DNA of 59,307 nucleotides, counting the filler, from Deltaproteobacteria bacterium (lineage in GTDB: Bacteria; Myxococcota; JACRCW01): the NCBI GenBank assembly GCA_016218805.1. It is 3 parts of 3 records of this genome, joined end to end, with 100 filler letters (N's around TTAATTAATTAA, not from the genome) between each part and the next. Parts side by side here need not be neighbours in the genome. Positions count along the whole stretch, not along the records: positions 20,680 to 51,342 come from JACRCW010000096.1; 2 more parts are not named here. One strand, 5' to 3'. Of this stretch, positions 28,433-38,690 are shown one piece after another; the stretch's first letter is position 1; the number at the start of each line of letters is the position of its first letter. The position numbers and the translations under genes are program-made. The notes under the pieces were generated by a model. That model did no database searches. It was given only the letters and a program-made list of their open reading frames with translations, and was not told the origin of the DNA.

Positions 28433-31400
28433 TCACGAGTCCACGGCGAAGCGGAGGCGCTGCCGGAGCGCGGCGTACTCGTCGGAGAGCAGGAACGCGA
28501 ACAGCTCGCGCAGCTCGTCCTTGGCCAGTTTGCGGTCCATGTCCGCCAGGTCCGCCGGGTTGAGCGTGACGCCGGTATCCCGCGCCGTCAGGCGCACTGC
28601 CACCTCCACGTCGTTGGAGAGCGCCAGCCCCGCGCGCAGGCGCGTCAGCCGGGCCGCCCGCAGGTGCGCCGCCGGGTCAAACTTCCCCTTGAGGATCCCC
28701 TCCACTTCCTGCACCGGCTCGGCCAGCGCCTTGCGGGTGGCGCGCGCCAACGCCTTCCCAATCTTCTTGGCCAGGTCCTGCACTTCCGGCGTGGCCGGCG
28801 CGGGAAAGTTCTCATCAACGGCCAGGCACGCGGCCTGGACCAGCTCCAGCAGCTTGGGTGGCGTCATGCCCTCAAACAGGTAATGACCGCCAAGCATGCC
28901 TTCAACGCGCTGGCCAATGAGGAAGCGCTGCTCCCGCGTCTGGTGGCGCTTGACAATGTCCGACCCGACGATGATGGCCGGCGGGTCCCCGGCGATGGCG
29001 GCCAGTTCCATCGTCTTGGTCTTGCTCACGTACAGGTCAAACGCGCCGCCGCCCAGCGCCTTGGCAATGTTGTCGCACAGGCGGCGGACCGCGTCGGGGT
29101 TCTTGGCCGGCACCTTGTCGGCGCGCCCCACGCCAAACGCCGCGGGGTCCACGCCAAACACCTTGTGCAGCTCAGGCGCCATGGTCTTGAGGACCTCGCG
29201 TACGGGGCCGCGCTCCTTGGGGTGGACCACCAGGTTCTCGCGGTCCGGGAGCGACAGGACCGCGTCGGACTCCTGGCGCACCTTGTTGCGGTTGTCGGCG
29301 TAGAAGAACTGCTCGCCCTCATTGCACTGCCTGAAGTAGTTGAGGATCTCACAGGCCAGGAACTGCCGGTCCCGGTTGCGGTGCACGTCATAGATGCGCG
29401 CCAGGTCATGGTACGCGTCCACCCGGGCGGGGCGCGCGGCCAGCACGCGCCGGTACTCCTCCAGGGCCACCGCAAAGGTGGCCGGCTGCCGCGCGTACAG
29501 GGACGCCAACATCACGCGCGCGTCCGAATTGTCCGGGTCAAACTCCACGGCGAGCTTCAGTTCCTGCAACCCCTTGTCGGGGATGTTCATCCGCTGCAGG
29601 TACAGCAGCGCCAGCCGCATGTGCAGGGCGGCCAGGCGCGGCCGGTCCGTGCGCGCCGTGGTGGCAATCATGGCCTGGTAGGCCTGCTGCAGCGCCGGCA
29701 GGTCGTTGAGGCGCTCGCCCAGCTCCACCAGGCGGTCCATGGCGCCCACGTGGTCCGGCTTGAGTTCCAGGGCGCGCCGGTAGGCGTCCATGGCGCGCTT
29801 GGCGTCCTGGAACCCTTCCTCCATCACCTTGGCCAGCCGCAGGTAGTGTCCCACGCGGGCCGGCACGTCGGCGTCGCGCTCCGCCATGGCTGCCAACATG
29901 TCCGCGGCCTGCGGCCAGGCGCTCTGCGCCAGGTACAGCTCGGTGAGTTCGCCGGCCAGGGCCATGTCCTGCGGGCGGGCGGAGAGCGCGGCGCCGTAAT
30001 GCTGGGCGGCGCGCGCCACGTCACCCAGCTGGCGGAACAGCTGCGCCGCCCGGCGGTGCACCAGCGCCATGGCCTGCGCCTGCACGGGGTCCGTCATCAC
30101 CTGCAACAGCACCGTGTAGGCCTGTGCCGCTTCAGATGCGCGGCCGGCCTTGTCATGCAGGTCACCCAGCATCTGCAGGGCGGGCGCGTGGGACGGCGCC
30201 ATCCGCAGCAGGTTCTGCAGGATGCCCACCGCCTGCGCCGCCTGGTCCAGGTGTTCCACCATCACCTGGGCGGCGCGCATCATCAGGTCCACCTTCTCGG
30301 CGGGGTCCTGGGCAAAGGCGGCCTTGCGGCCCAGCAGGTCCACCAGGCGGTCCCAGCGCTGGTTCTTGGCCAGCAACGCGTCCGCGCGCTGGAGCGACTC
30401 CGCGTGGCGGGGGTCCCGGTCCAGGATGCGGAAGTAGCAGTCCAGCGCCGCATCCACGTTGCCAAACTTGCTCTCCTGCAGCTGCGCCACCTCCAGCAGC
30501 GTGCCAAACGCGCGCCCCGGGTCCTTGGTGGTCTCCGCCTCGGCGGCCAGCAGTTGCAGTTTTTCGCTGTGGCGGCCCAGCTTGTCATACAGCGGTCCCA
30601 GGCGCCGCAGTGCGGGCATGTATGTGCGGTCCACCTGCAGCGCCTTCTCCAGGGCCTCCACCGCGCGCTCGTCATTCTTCAGGTAATAGGTGGCCACGTC
30701 AGCCATGCGCATGCACAGGTCCAGCTGCTGGCCGGGGTCCTGCAGTTGGGGCCGCTCGCGGTCATACAGGGCGTACAGGGCGTCCCACGCCTGGTGACGA
30801 CGGTACGCGCGCTCCACCTGGCGCAACGCCACCGGGTCATTGGGCGCGTATTCCAGCGCGCGCAGGTAGCTGCCCACGGGGTCCTGGGCGGGCTCCACGT
30901 GGTGCTGGCGCCAGCTGGCCACCTGCAGGTGCAGGGCCGCGGCGGACTCCGCCTCCGGCTCCTGGTCGGCCAGCTTTTCCGCCAGCGCAATGGCGCGCGC
31001 CCAATCCCGCCGCCGCACGGCCAGCCCCAACGCCCCCCGCAACGCGCTGAGGTCCTCGGGCGCTTCCTCCAGGATCTGGTCGTAGAGGCGGGCCGCACCC
31101 TCGGGCTCGCCGGCGCGTTCGGCCAGCAGCTCCGCCAGGTTCTTGGCCACCAGCACCCAGCGCGGGCCGCGCGGGATGGCCTCCAGGGCACGCTTGAGCG
31201 CCTCGTGCTCCGCCCGGAGGTCCCCGGTGGCCGCGGCCAACTCCACCAGCGCGGAGAGCGCGGCATCAAAGGTGGGATGCAGCTGCAGCGCGCGTTGGTA
31301 GAGCGCGGAGGCGTCCTGCGGGCGGCCCAGGCGGGCGCCCAGCACCTCGCCGGCGCGGTACAGCGTGTGCGCCTGCTCCAGCGGGTCCGTGAACAGCTGC

Positions 31401-33670
31401 GCCTCCAGTTGCGCGGCCTCCACCAGCCCCTGGAAGTCACCCAGCTGCAGGTGCAGGTGCATCAGCGCGCGCACCGCCGGGTGGTGGTCCGGTTTCTCCT
31501 TGAGCACTTCGCGGTAGGCGCCAATGGCCTTCTGCGGGTCCTTGAGGCGCTCCTCGTACAGCTCGCCCACCTTGAACAGCAGGGAGACGCGCGTGTCCAC
31601 GTTGCGCGCAATCTCCACCTCCTGCCGGTACATGCCAACGAGCTCTGCCCACTGGCCGCTCATGCTGTACAGGCGGCCCAGGCTCTTGAGGGTGGGCAGG
31701 TAGTTGGGGCTGAGCGCCAGGACCTTGCGGTACGCCTGGATGGCCGCGTCCTTGTCGCCGATGCGGTCCTCATAGATTTCACCGTTCTTGTGCAGCAGCG
31801 CCAGGACATGCTTCTGGTCCTGCGTCAGTTCCGCCTCAGTGGCGTTCACGCGCACCAGGTCCGTCCAGCGCTCCGCGCGGGCAAACAACCCGGCCAGCGC
31901 CCGGATGGCGGGCAGGTAGTTGGAGGCCACCTTCAGGACGCGCTCGTAGGTCTCAATCGCCTGGTCCACGCGGCCCAGGCGCTCCTCATAAATCTGCGCA
32001 ATCTTGTCCAACAGGAAGATGACCTGGTCGCGGTCGTGCGTGTCCTTGAGCTCCTCCTCGTACAGCGCAATGAGCTCCTCAAACCGGCCGCCCTCCACCA
32101 GCAGCCCGCCCAGCGCCTTGAGCGCCGGCAGGTAGCCCGGCTGCAGCTGCAGGATCTCGCGGTAGCAGCGGCCGGCACCCTCCTCGTCACCCAGCGCGGT
32201 GACGCGCAGCTCCGCCAGCTTGAACAGGCGGGGCACGCGCTGGGACGGGTCATCCAGGCTGGCCATCTCCGCCTCATACATCTGGGCCAGCTCATCAAAC
32301 CGCCCTGACCGCTGGTACAGCCGCCCCAGCGCCTGCAGCGCGGGGAGGAAGCGCGCGTTGATGCCCACCACCGCGCGGTACTGCGTGATGGCGCCGGCCT
32401 CGTCCTTGAGGCGCTCCTCCAGGATGTTGCCCGCCTCAAAGTGCAGCGCCGCGCGCTGTTTCTCATCCTTGGCGGAACTGGCCAGCGCCAGCAGCACCTC
32501 CACGTGCTCCTGGTGCCGCCCGCCGGCCGCGTACAACTCCGCCAGCGCGCGCAGGATGGCCGAATCCTTGGGCGTGCGCATGCGCGCCTTCTCCAGCACC
32601 GCCTGCGCGCGGGCGTCATCCCCCAGCGCGTAGCGCGCCACGCGCGCCACGCTGAGCGGCACGCTGGCCGTCTCCTCCGGGTTGGGCGCCGCCTCCCACA
32701 GCTTGGTGAGGACGGTGATGAGCTCCTCGTGGCGGTTGAGGCGCGCGTACAGGCGTTCCAGAGCGTGCAGCGCCACGGCGCTGCCGGGGTCCGCCTGCAG
32801 CACCTCCACGTACGCGGCCACGGCCTTCTCCGGGTCGTTCCCCGGGCCCTCCTGCAGCCGCGCCAGCTCCAGCGCCCGCGCCGCGCGCGCCACGCCGGGC
32901 GGCAGCGCGTCCAGGGCCCGGCGCAGCACCAGCGCCAGGTCCGCAGCCTGATTGCGCTGGCGCATCACCCGGTCCAGCGCCTCCGTGGCCGGGATGAAGG
33001 ACGGGTCCGCATCAAAGGCCGCCTTGAAGACGGCCACCGCGTCATCCGGCTTGTTGAGCTTGCTTTCCAGGATGCGGCCCTTTTCCGTCAGCAGCGCGGC
33101 GCGCTGCCGCGGCCGGCGCTCCACCGCCAGCTCCGCGTCCAGCAGCGTGTGCACCATGGGCCAGTTGTTGATGTCCTGGAACAGACGCCGCGCGGCGTGG
33201 ATCACCGGCACAAAGGTGGGGTCCGTCTTGAACGCCTGCTGGTAGGCGCTGGCCGCCTGCCGCGTCTGCATGAGGCGCTCCTCAAACACGCGCCCCATCT
33301 CAAACCACAGCGGCGCGGCGCGCTTGTCCGCGCCCATTGCCTTGGCTTCGCGTTCATACCCGGCAATGACCTCCTGCCAGCGGGCTGCCTCCTCCGCGTT
33401 GGGCGGTGCGGGCGGCGGCGGCTGGGACGACGGCACCGGCGGCAGCGCCGGCGCCAGCGGCTTGGCGGGCACCACGCTGGGGCGGGGGGCCGCGCCGGGC
33501 CAGGCGCTGACCATGGGGTCCCGGGCTGCGGCTGCGCCGGTCCCCTCCGTGGCCGGCGCGAGCCGCGGCAGCGGGATTTCCCGCGTCTCCGCAATGTCGA
33601 TGTCCAGCGCGGGCTCTTGGGCGGGGTGGTCGCTGTCTGGAGGGCTCCCCGGCCCCTGGGTTTCGCTCAT
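28433..33670 (-). CDS. Very large tetratricopeptide-repeat protein
   Basis: 1745 aa; continuous TPRs (A..YR.VL...P....AL..L..LY); Pro-rich N-terminus; distinct C-terminal domain. Confidence 0.9.
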   Translation of the reverse strand: MSETQGPGSPPDSDHPAQEPALDIDIAETREIPLPRLAPATEGTGAAAARDPMVSAWPGAAPRPSVVPAKPLAPALPPVPSSQPPPPAPPNAEEAARWQEVIAGYEREAKAMGADKRAAPLWFEMGRVFEERLMQTRQAASAYQQAFKTDPTFVPVIHAARRLFQDINNWPMVHTLLDAELAVERRPRQRAALLTEKGRILESKLNKPDDAVAVFKAAFDADPSFIPATEALDRVMRQRNQAADLALVLRRALDALPPGVARAARALELARLQEGPGNDPEKAVAAYVEVLQADPGSAVALHALERLYARLNRHEELITVLTKLWEAAPNPEETASVPLSVARVARYALGDDARAQAVLEKARMRTPKDSAILRALAELYAAGGRHQEHVEVLLALASSAKDEKQRAALHFEAGNILEERLKDEAGAITQYRAVVGINARFLPALQALGRLYQRSGRFDELAQMYEAEMASLDDPSQRVPRLFKLAELRVTALGDEEGAGRCYREILQLQPGYLPALKALGGLLVEGGRFEELIALYEEELKDTHDRDQVIFLLDKIAQIYEERLGRVDQAIETYERVLKVASNYLPAIRALAGLFARAERWTDLVRVNATEAELTQDQKHVLALLHKNGEIYEDRIGDKDAAIQAYRKVLALSPNYLPTLKSLGRLYSMSGQWAELVGMYRQEVEIARNVDTRVSLLFKVGELYEERLKDPQKAIGAYREVLKEKPDHHPAVRALMHLHLQLGDFQGLVEAAQLEAQLFTDPLEQAHTLYRAGEVLGARLGRPQDASALYQRALQLHPTFDAALSALVELAAATGDLRAEHEALKRALEAIPRGPRWVLVAKNLAELLAERAGEPEGAARLYDQILEEAPEDLSALRGALGLAVRRRDWARAIALAEKLADQEPEAESAAALHLQVASWRQHHVEPAQDPVGSYLRALEYAPNDPVALRQVERAYRRHQAWDALYALYDRERPQLQDPGQQLDLCMRMADVATYYLKNDERAVEALEKALQVDRTYMPALRRLGPLYDKLGRHSEKLQLLAAEAETTKDPGRAFGTLLEVAQLQESKFGNVDAALDCYFRILDRDPRHAESLQRADALLAKNQRWDRLVDLLGRKAAFAQDPAEKVDLMMRAAQVMVEHLDQAAQAVGILQNLLRMAPSHAPALQMLGDLHDKAGRASEAAQAYTVLLQVMTDPVQAQAMALVHRRAAQLFRQLGDVARAAQHYGAALSARPQDMALAGELTELYLAQSAWPQAADMLAAMAERDADVPARVGHYLRLAKVMEEGFQDAKRAMDAYRRALELKPDHVGAMDRLVELGERLNDLPALQQAYQAMIATTARTDRPRLAALHMRLALLYLQRMNIPDKGLQELKLAVEFDPDNSDARVMLASLYARQPATFAVALEEYRRVLAARPARVDAYHDLARIYDVHRNRDRQFLACEILNYFRQCNEGEQFFYADNRNKVRQESDAVLSLPDRENLVVHPKERGPVREVLKTMAPELHKVFGVDPAAFGVGRADKVPAKNPDAVRRLCDNIAKALGGGAFDLYVSKTKTMELAAIAGDPPAIIVGSDIVKRHQTREQRFLIGQRVEGMLGGHYLFEGMTPPKLLELVQAACLAVDENFPAPATPEVQDLAKKIGKALARATRKALAEPVQEVEGILKGKFDPAAHLRAARLTRLRAGLALSNDVEVAVRLTARDTGVTLNPADLADMDRKLAKDELRELFAFLLSDEYAALRQRLRFAVDS

Positions 33671-33769
33671 TGTCAGCCTCGGGTCGCCACTGGACGCCCC
33701 GGCCTGCCGGCGCCTACGCGCGCGGACGGGCCGGAGGGGGAACGCAGTACCACCCCGGTCCGGGGCCCC

Positions 33770-34309
33770 TCAAGGAACGCCCCCGCCATCCGGCCCCGCC
33801 CCGCCGGGCGGTGCCACCCACGCCTCCACTGGCCCCGCCAGGTCCACCTGTTCCGTTGCCAGATCCACCCGCGCCCCACCCGCCGCGGTGATCCGCACGT
33901 TGGCTCCGCCCAGCACCACGGGGCCCACCGCTTCCACCACGCCGGCATCCCGCACCAGCGTCACGCGCGGGGACTGCAGGGTGCGCCCCTGGGAGTCCGT
34001 GGCCCGGGCGTCCTCCGCCACCGCCGTGCCACGCCCCAGCGACGCCTCCACCACGGCGGCCCGCAGCGCCACCCGCCCGGCGTCCGGCCCGGCCTGCAAC
34101 CAGCCCTCCGGCTGTTCCAGCCGCACCCGGTCTCCATCCAGGGAAAGCGTGGCGCGCGGCGCCCCCAGCGACAGCACCACGTGGTCCGTGTGCATCCGCT
34201 CCAGGCGCGCCCCCGTAAGCTCCGCCACGCCGGCCTCCGCCGCGCCGGTGGGCACCGCCGCGCGGCAACCCGCAGCGACGAGGAGCACGCCCCACGCCTG
34301 CCAGGTCAC
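33770..34309 (-). CDS. LptC/LptA-like beta-jellyroll lipoprotein
   Basis: GTGA-coupled; VAAGC lipobox; GRTLQS, GPVVL, GARVDL..V.L.GPV strands typical of LptC. Confidence 0.55.
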   Translation of the reverse strand: MTWQAWGVLLVAAGCRAAVPTGAAEAGVAELTGARLERMHTDHVVLSLGAPRATLSLDGDRVRLEQPEGWLQAGPDAGRVALRAAVVEASLGRGTAVAEDARATDSQGRTLQSPRVTLVRDAGVVEAVGPVVLGGANVRITAAGGARVDLATEQVDLAGPVEAWVAPPGGAGPDGGGVP

Positions 34310-35061
34310 GATTTGTCCGCCGCGGGGGGCCCGCCTCCACCGTCCAGCTTGCGCGCCTGCGTCTCCGCCTGCCGCCCGATTTCGCCGTGAGGATCCAGGT
34401 CATGCGCGCGCTGGAAGTGCCGCAGCGCCTCGTCCGGCTTGCCGCGCACCTTGGCCAGCGTGCCCAATAGCAGGAACCCGTCAGCCAGCCGCGGGTCCAC
34501 CTTCAGCGCGCGCACCGTCTCCGCTTCCGCCTCGTCCAGGTCCCCGCGCACGTAGTGGTCCCGCGCCGCCACCAGGTGCTCCGCCGCGTCATTGATCAGC
34601 TCCACGCGGAACAACAGCCGCCCCGCCACGTTGACCAGCGCCGTGCGCAGCACGCCCGCCCACGCCAGGCCCGCCACCTCCACCGCCATGATGGCGCCCA
34701 CCGGGATGTCCGGCAGCACCTGCTTGCCGTCCCGCGTGAGCCGCACCTTGTTGTACCGCCCCTTTTGCACCCAGTAGCCCACGTCGTCACGGAGCTTCCC
34801 CAGCGCTTCCGCCACGTCCCGCCCCGCCAGCTCCATGTTCCAGGCGGGCCCGGCGGACGGCGCCGGCGCGGGACCCTCGGGCAGGATGACAGTGGGCTCG
34901 CGGGGGGTTGGCGGCGCCAGGGGTGGCTCAACCTCCACGGGTTCAGCGGGCGCAGCGGATTGCGGCGGTGGTGATGGACGCACGGGCTCCGCCGGTTCCG
35001 CGGCGGGTGGTGGTTCGGGGACAACGGGACGGACGCGTCGGGGCCTGTTGGGTGGCGCCAT
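34306..35061 (-). CDS. DUF4342-like domain plus TPR protein
   Basis: Pro-rich N-terminus; KGRYNKVRLTRDGKQVLPDIPV; two C-terminal TPRs. Confidence 0.7.
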   Translation of the reverse strand: MAPPNRPRRVRPVVPEPPPAAEPAEPVRPSPPPQSAAPAEPVEVEPPLAPPTPREPTVILPEGPAPAPSAGPAWNMELAGRDVAEALGKLRDDVGYWVQKGRYNKVRLTRDGKQVLPDIPVGAIMAVEVAGLAWAGVLRTALVNVAGRLLFRVELINDAAEHLVAARDHYVRGDLDEAEAETVRALKVDPRLADGFLLLGTLAKVRGKPDEALRHFQRAHDLDPHGEIGRQAETQARKLDGGGGPPAADKS

Positions 35062-35255
35062 TCCCGGCAAACTAGCCACCCCGGCCGGGCCTGTCAGCCC
35101 CCGGCGGAGAGGCGGCAGGTACGGCAGCGCCAGGGCGGATGTCCCGCGCGGCGACCACGCGGAACAGCGTGACACCGTGCCCGCCTTGAGTGAGCCCATG
35201 ACGGCCCCCAGCACCATCCGCTCGGACTTGGTAGAGTGGGCGTGGGAGGTCACCA

Positions 35256-35744
35256 GTGGATTGGACAGGCTTGGGTACGGTACTGCTTGCGTGCGCAACC
35301 CTGGGACTTGTGGTTGTGGGCCAGCGCACCGGGAAAACGGCCCTGGGTGAATACCAGGCGGCCAGCCGACGGGAACAAGCCAAGTGGCTGCTTGAACTGT
35401 TCGACCGTTTCTACCTGGGTCCTGGGTATCGCGATGTCAACCTCGCGTTTGACGGGCTGAACGAGCCGCTCATGAGGAAGATCTGCGCGGCCCTTCAGGA
35501 CACAGGCGACGACGCAGCCGTGGAATGGGAGTTGACGCGGTACCTGAACTTCTTCGAATTCGTCGCCACCCTGGTATCCAAAGGTGACATTGACCCCAGG
35601 GACGCCGACAGCGTCTTCACGTACGCTGCGCGCCGCATCCTCTATCTGCCCGGCGGAAAACCACGCGACTTTGTTGCTCCGTATCTGGAGAGGAACAGCT
35701 ACCGACATCTTCTGTCGTTTGCGAAGGACACGACGACCGCATGA
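35256..35744 (+). CDS. DUF4760-like membrane-anchored protein
   Basis: TTG start, N-terminal TM; YLNFFEFVATLVSKGDID motif; atypical codon usage. Confidence 0.6.
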   Translation: MDWTGLGTVLLACATLGLVVVGQRTGKTALGEYQAASRREQAKWLLELFDRFYLGPGYRDVNLAFDGLNEPLMRKICAALQDTGDDAAVEWELTRYLNFFEFVATLVSKGDIDPRDADSVFTYAARRILYLPGGKPRDFVAPYLERNSYRHLLSFAKDTTTA

Positions 35745-36142
35745 ACCCGGGCTCCACTGCAGGGACAACCCACCTGTTTGTTTATGGCTCGCTCATGGCT
35801 GGCCAGGATGCGAATGCCCTGCTGGCAGGCATGGCCGCCGCCCGCCGTGTGGGCCCGGGCTGGTTCCCCGGCATGATGGTGGACCTGGGTGACTACCCCG
35901 GAGCGTTCTTCGATTCCTCCGCGTCCACCCGCGTGCAGGGCGAACTGTGGGAGGTGGAGGAATCCCCCGCGGTGTTCCGAGCCCTTGACGAGTACGAGGA
36001 GGAGGGGCGCTTGTTCGTGCGCCGTCGCATCCAGGTCTACTCCGCCGGTTCGGTGCTGGACGCGTGGACCTACCTTCTGCGGGACCAGCCGCCTGGGAGG
36101 CACCGGGTGCCTGGGGGTGATTGGCGAGAGCACCGCGCCTGA
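35741..36142 (+). CDS. Gamma-glutamylcyclotransferase / AIG2-like protein
   Basis: LFVYGSLM, YPG, VQGELW, LDEYE, AWTY, GGDW; ATGA-coupled. Confidence 0.9.
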   Translation: MNPGSTAGTTHLFVYGSLMAGQDANALLAGMAAARRVGPGWFPGMMVDLGDYPGAFFDSSASTRVQGELWEVEESPAVFRALDEYEEEGRLFVRRRIQVYSAGSVLDAWTYLLRDQPPGRHRVPGGDWREHRA

Positions 36143-36162
36143 CCTGGCCGTGTCGCCTTGCT

Positions 36163-38658
36163 TCAGTTCCCCACGCTGCAGGGCACGTAGTTGCACACGC
36201 CGGCGCCGCACGCGTTGACCGGGCAGCCACAGCTGACGCGCACCCGCAGCGTGTAGGGCGTGCGCAGGTCGCTGTCGTTGAGCCCGTTGTCCACCACCTC
36301 CACCCAGAACGGCCGCGTGTTGCACTGGTTGGCGAACAGGCACTCACCCTGCACCGACGACGGACCGAAGCTGGCCTGACCACCCGTGCCTGCGTTGCTG
36401 TCCTCGTCACGGAAACAGATGTGCTCAATGCACACCGCGCCATTCACGCCGCCATCCGGGTTGGTGCACTCCAGGTTGGACGCACAATCCCCGCGGCACA
36501 CGCCGCCGGTGGGCCCATTGGGGCGGCACACGCTGCCTTGCGGGCACTCGCCGTCACCCGAACAGGGCGACGCCACCACCTCCCCGGTGTTGCGCTTGCA
36601 CACGCCCTGCCCCGGCCGCACGCGGCACTCCTGCTCACCGGGGCAGTTGCTGTCGTACTGGCAGTTCACGTTGGCGTTGACGGAGTCCACCTGCTCCGTG
36701 CGCACAAAGCTCCCGCGCATGGGATAGAAGGACGTGAGGTCACCGCTGGCATCCGCCGCGTACACGAACATGGTCAGTTCCACCGGCGTGGTGCCGCCGC
36801 CCGGCGGGTCGTATGTGTATTCCACGTCCAGCGCGTAGAACCCCTCGGGCACCTCGAATCGGAAGTAGTCGCGGTCGCCTTCGTAGGCCAGGTAGCCGGT
36901 GACCTCCTGGGTGAGCTCATTGAAGTTCCCGCAGTTGAGCGGCTGCCGGGTGGGGTCCGTGGACCCGCCGTCCACCGCGGTGCGGCCCATGCAGCCGGGG
37001 CCCGAGTCCGGCACGCCGCCGTCCACCGGCTGCGTGGCGCACGGCTGCGCGTAGCCCGCGCCGCTGTTGAGGGCCACGTGCGGGAAGGTGGTGAAATCCT
37101 GGCCGCGCACGTCCGTGTCACCGCCGCCCACCGTCAAAAGCGGCGGCGGCAGCGAATCCGGCTCATGGGTATCCGGGTCATCCACAATGGCCAGCTCCAC
37201 GGAGAACACGCGTTCGTCAAACGAATCACTCAGCTGGTCCTGCAGCAGCACCACCGGGTTGCGGCCGCTGCGCAGCGGGAAGCGCAGCGACGTGCTGATG
37301 CTCCCGTCCGCGCGGGCGCGCAGCGGGCGGGCGATGCGCGGCTCCGCGCAGTAGCGGTCCACGTTGGGTTGGTCCACGTCCGCCGGCATGCACTCCTGCA
37401 GCGGCCCGCCCTGCCCCTGCGCGCAGCTGCTGCCGGCGCCACACGGCTTGCGGCACAGGTAGCGGGCCGCACCGGGACCGGCCAGTTGCTGGCAGTTGGC
37501 GGACTGGCTGGACGACGTGAAGATGACTTGGTCCCACACGGCCACCGCCGGGTCAAAGTTGGACAGCGGCGTGCCCGCGGGCAGGGACAGCGTGACTTCC
37601 AACAGCTTGCGGCCGCCGGTGGCCAGCGCGGCAGGCGCCATCACCATGTAGTGGTCCAGGTCCCCCACGGTGGCCAGCGCGGGGCGGCGCGTGACCGGCG
37701 CATTGGATTTGATGGCGGTGGCCAGCGTGTCATTGCGCGCTGCGGCGGCGCGCTCGTCTTCGTCAGGGTCCGGCACAATCTCCAGGCGCAACGTGTAGGC
37801 GCCCTCCGGATCCCGGAAGTCCGCGTTGCCCTGCGCGTCCGCCACCAGGCAGGTGTAGGGCCCCGGTTTGCGCAAGGCCACGTTGGCGCGGACGCTGCGG
37901 GTGCCCGCGGTCCCGGTGATGGGCAGCATGGGTGAGGTGTACAGCTGCGTGCCGTCGGCGGAAGTAACCACCGCGGCGGGGAAGGCCAGCGAAGCGTCCG
38001 ACGTGGACAGCTCAAAGCGCAGGATGGAGCCCGCCGCCGCGGTGAACGTGTACGCATCCTGGTCACCCGTGGTGGACAGCCAGCCGCGGTTGCCCGCCGC
38101 GCTGGTGTCCGCGGTGCTGGGCGTGGCGGGCGGGTTGGGCTCGTGGGTGTCCGGGTCGGGGCGGAGAGCCAGTTGCAAGGTATACTCGGTGTTGTTGTCC
38201 GACTCGTCATTGGACACGTCCGCCACCTGGATGAAGTACGGCGCGTTGGGCTGCAACCCCGCCACCAGGCGCAGCGTGGTGGCGCCGTCTGACCCGTCCG
38301 TGTCCCGCGTGGAGGCCACCACGTTGGCGGCCGCGTCCATGACGTTGATGCTGAAGTCCACCGCGCTCAGCGTGGTGGTGGTCTCCAGCGTGATCTCCGC
38401 CAGCGTGTCCGTCGCCGTGGTGGTGAAGTTGTAATAATCCTGGTCCGTGACGGGGCAGATCTTGCCGGTGATGGGGGTGCCCGCGGTGGCGGCCACCGCG
38501 GTTTCACGGCTGAAGCTCTGATCCGGGACGCACCCGGTGATGGCCCCGGCGTCCGCCTTGTTGCACGCCGCGCCCTGGCAGGGACATCCAATCAGCAGCA
38601 GGGAAACCACGGCGGTGGCCGCGGCGGCGAGAACGATCAACGGGCGTTGCAGGCGCAT
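36163..38658 (-). CDS. mtsF: MtsF-like cell-surface lipoprotein (PPC-like domains plus Cys-rich repeats)
   Basis: LLIGC lipobox; repeated D.HEPN..G.L...GD.D.Y PPC-type motifs; C..D..CP Cys repeats; last gene of the TSP3/VWA cluster. Confidence 0.6.
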   Translation of the reverse strand: MRLQRPLIVLAAAATAVVSLLLIGCPCQGAACNKADAGAITGCVPDQSFSRETAVAATAGTPITGKICPVTDQDYYNFTTTATDTLAEITLETTTTLSAVDFSINVMDAAANVVASTRDTDGSDGATTLRLVAGLQPNAPYFIQVADVSNDESDNNTEYTLQLALRPDPDTHEPNPPATPSTADTSAAGNRGWLSTTGDQDAYTFTAAAGSILRFELSTSDASLAFPAAVVTSADGTQLYTSPMLPITGTAGTRSVRANVALRKPGPYTCLVADAQGNADFRDPEGAYTLRLEIVPDPDEDERAAAARNDTLATAIKSNAPVTRRPALATVGDLDHYMVMAPAALATGGRKLLEVTLSLPAGTPLSNFDPAVAVWDQVIFTSSSQSANCQQLAGPGAARYLCRKPCGAGSSCAQGQGGPLQECMPADVDQPNVDRYCAEPRIARPLRARADGSISTSLRFPLRSGRNPVVLLQDQLSDSFDERVFSVELAIVDDPDTHEPDSLPPPLLTVGGGDTDVRGQDFTTFPHVALNSGAGYAQPCATQPVDGGVPDSGPGCMGRTAVDGGSTDPTRQPLNCGNFNELTQEVTGYLAYEGDRDYFRFEVPEGFYALDVEYTYDPPGGGTTPVELTMFVYAADASGDLTSFYPMRGSFVRTEQVDSVNANVNCQYDSNCPGEQECRVRPGQGVCKRNTGEVVASPCSGDGECPQGSVCRPNGPTGGVCRGDCASNLECTNPDGGVNGAVCIEHICFRDEDSNAGTGGQASFGPSSVQGECLFANQCNTRPFWVEVVDNGLNDSDLRTPYTLRVRVSCGCPVNACGAGVCNYVPCSVGN

Positions 38659-38690
38659 GGGAGAAGGCTCCGGTGACGCGGCGGGCGCGT

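Noticed and set aside
28415..32308. 1297-aa plus-strand ORF and similar long antisense ORFs (8901-11255, 14747-16642, 36121-37935)
   Set aside because: Shadow ORFs of high-GC genes with no motifs; the opposite strand carries recognisable proteins.
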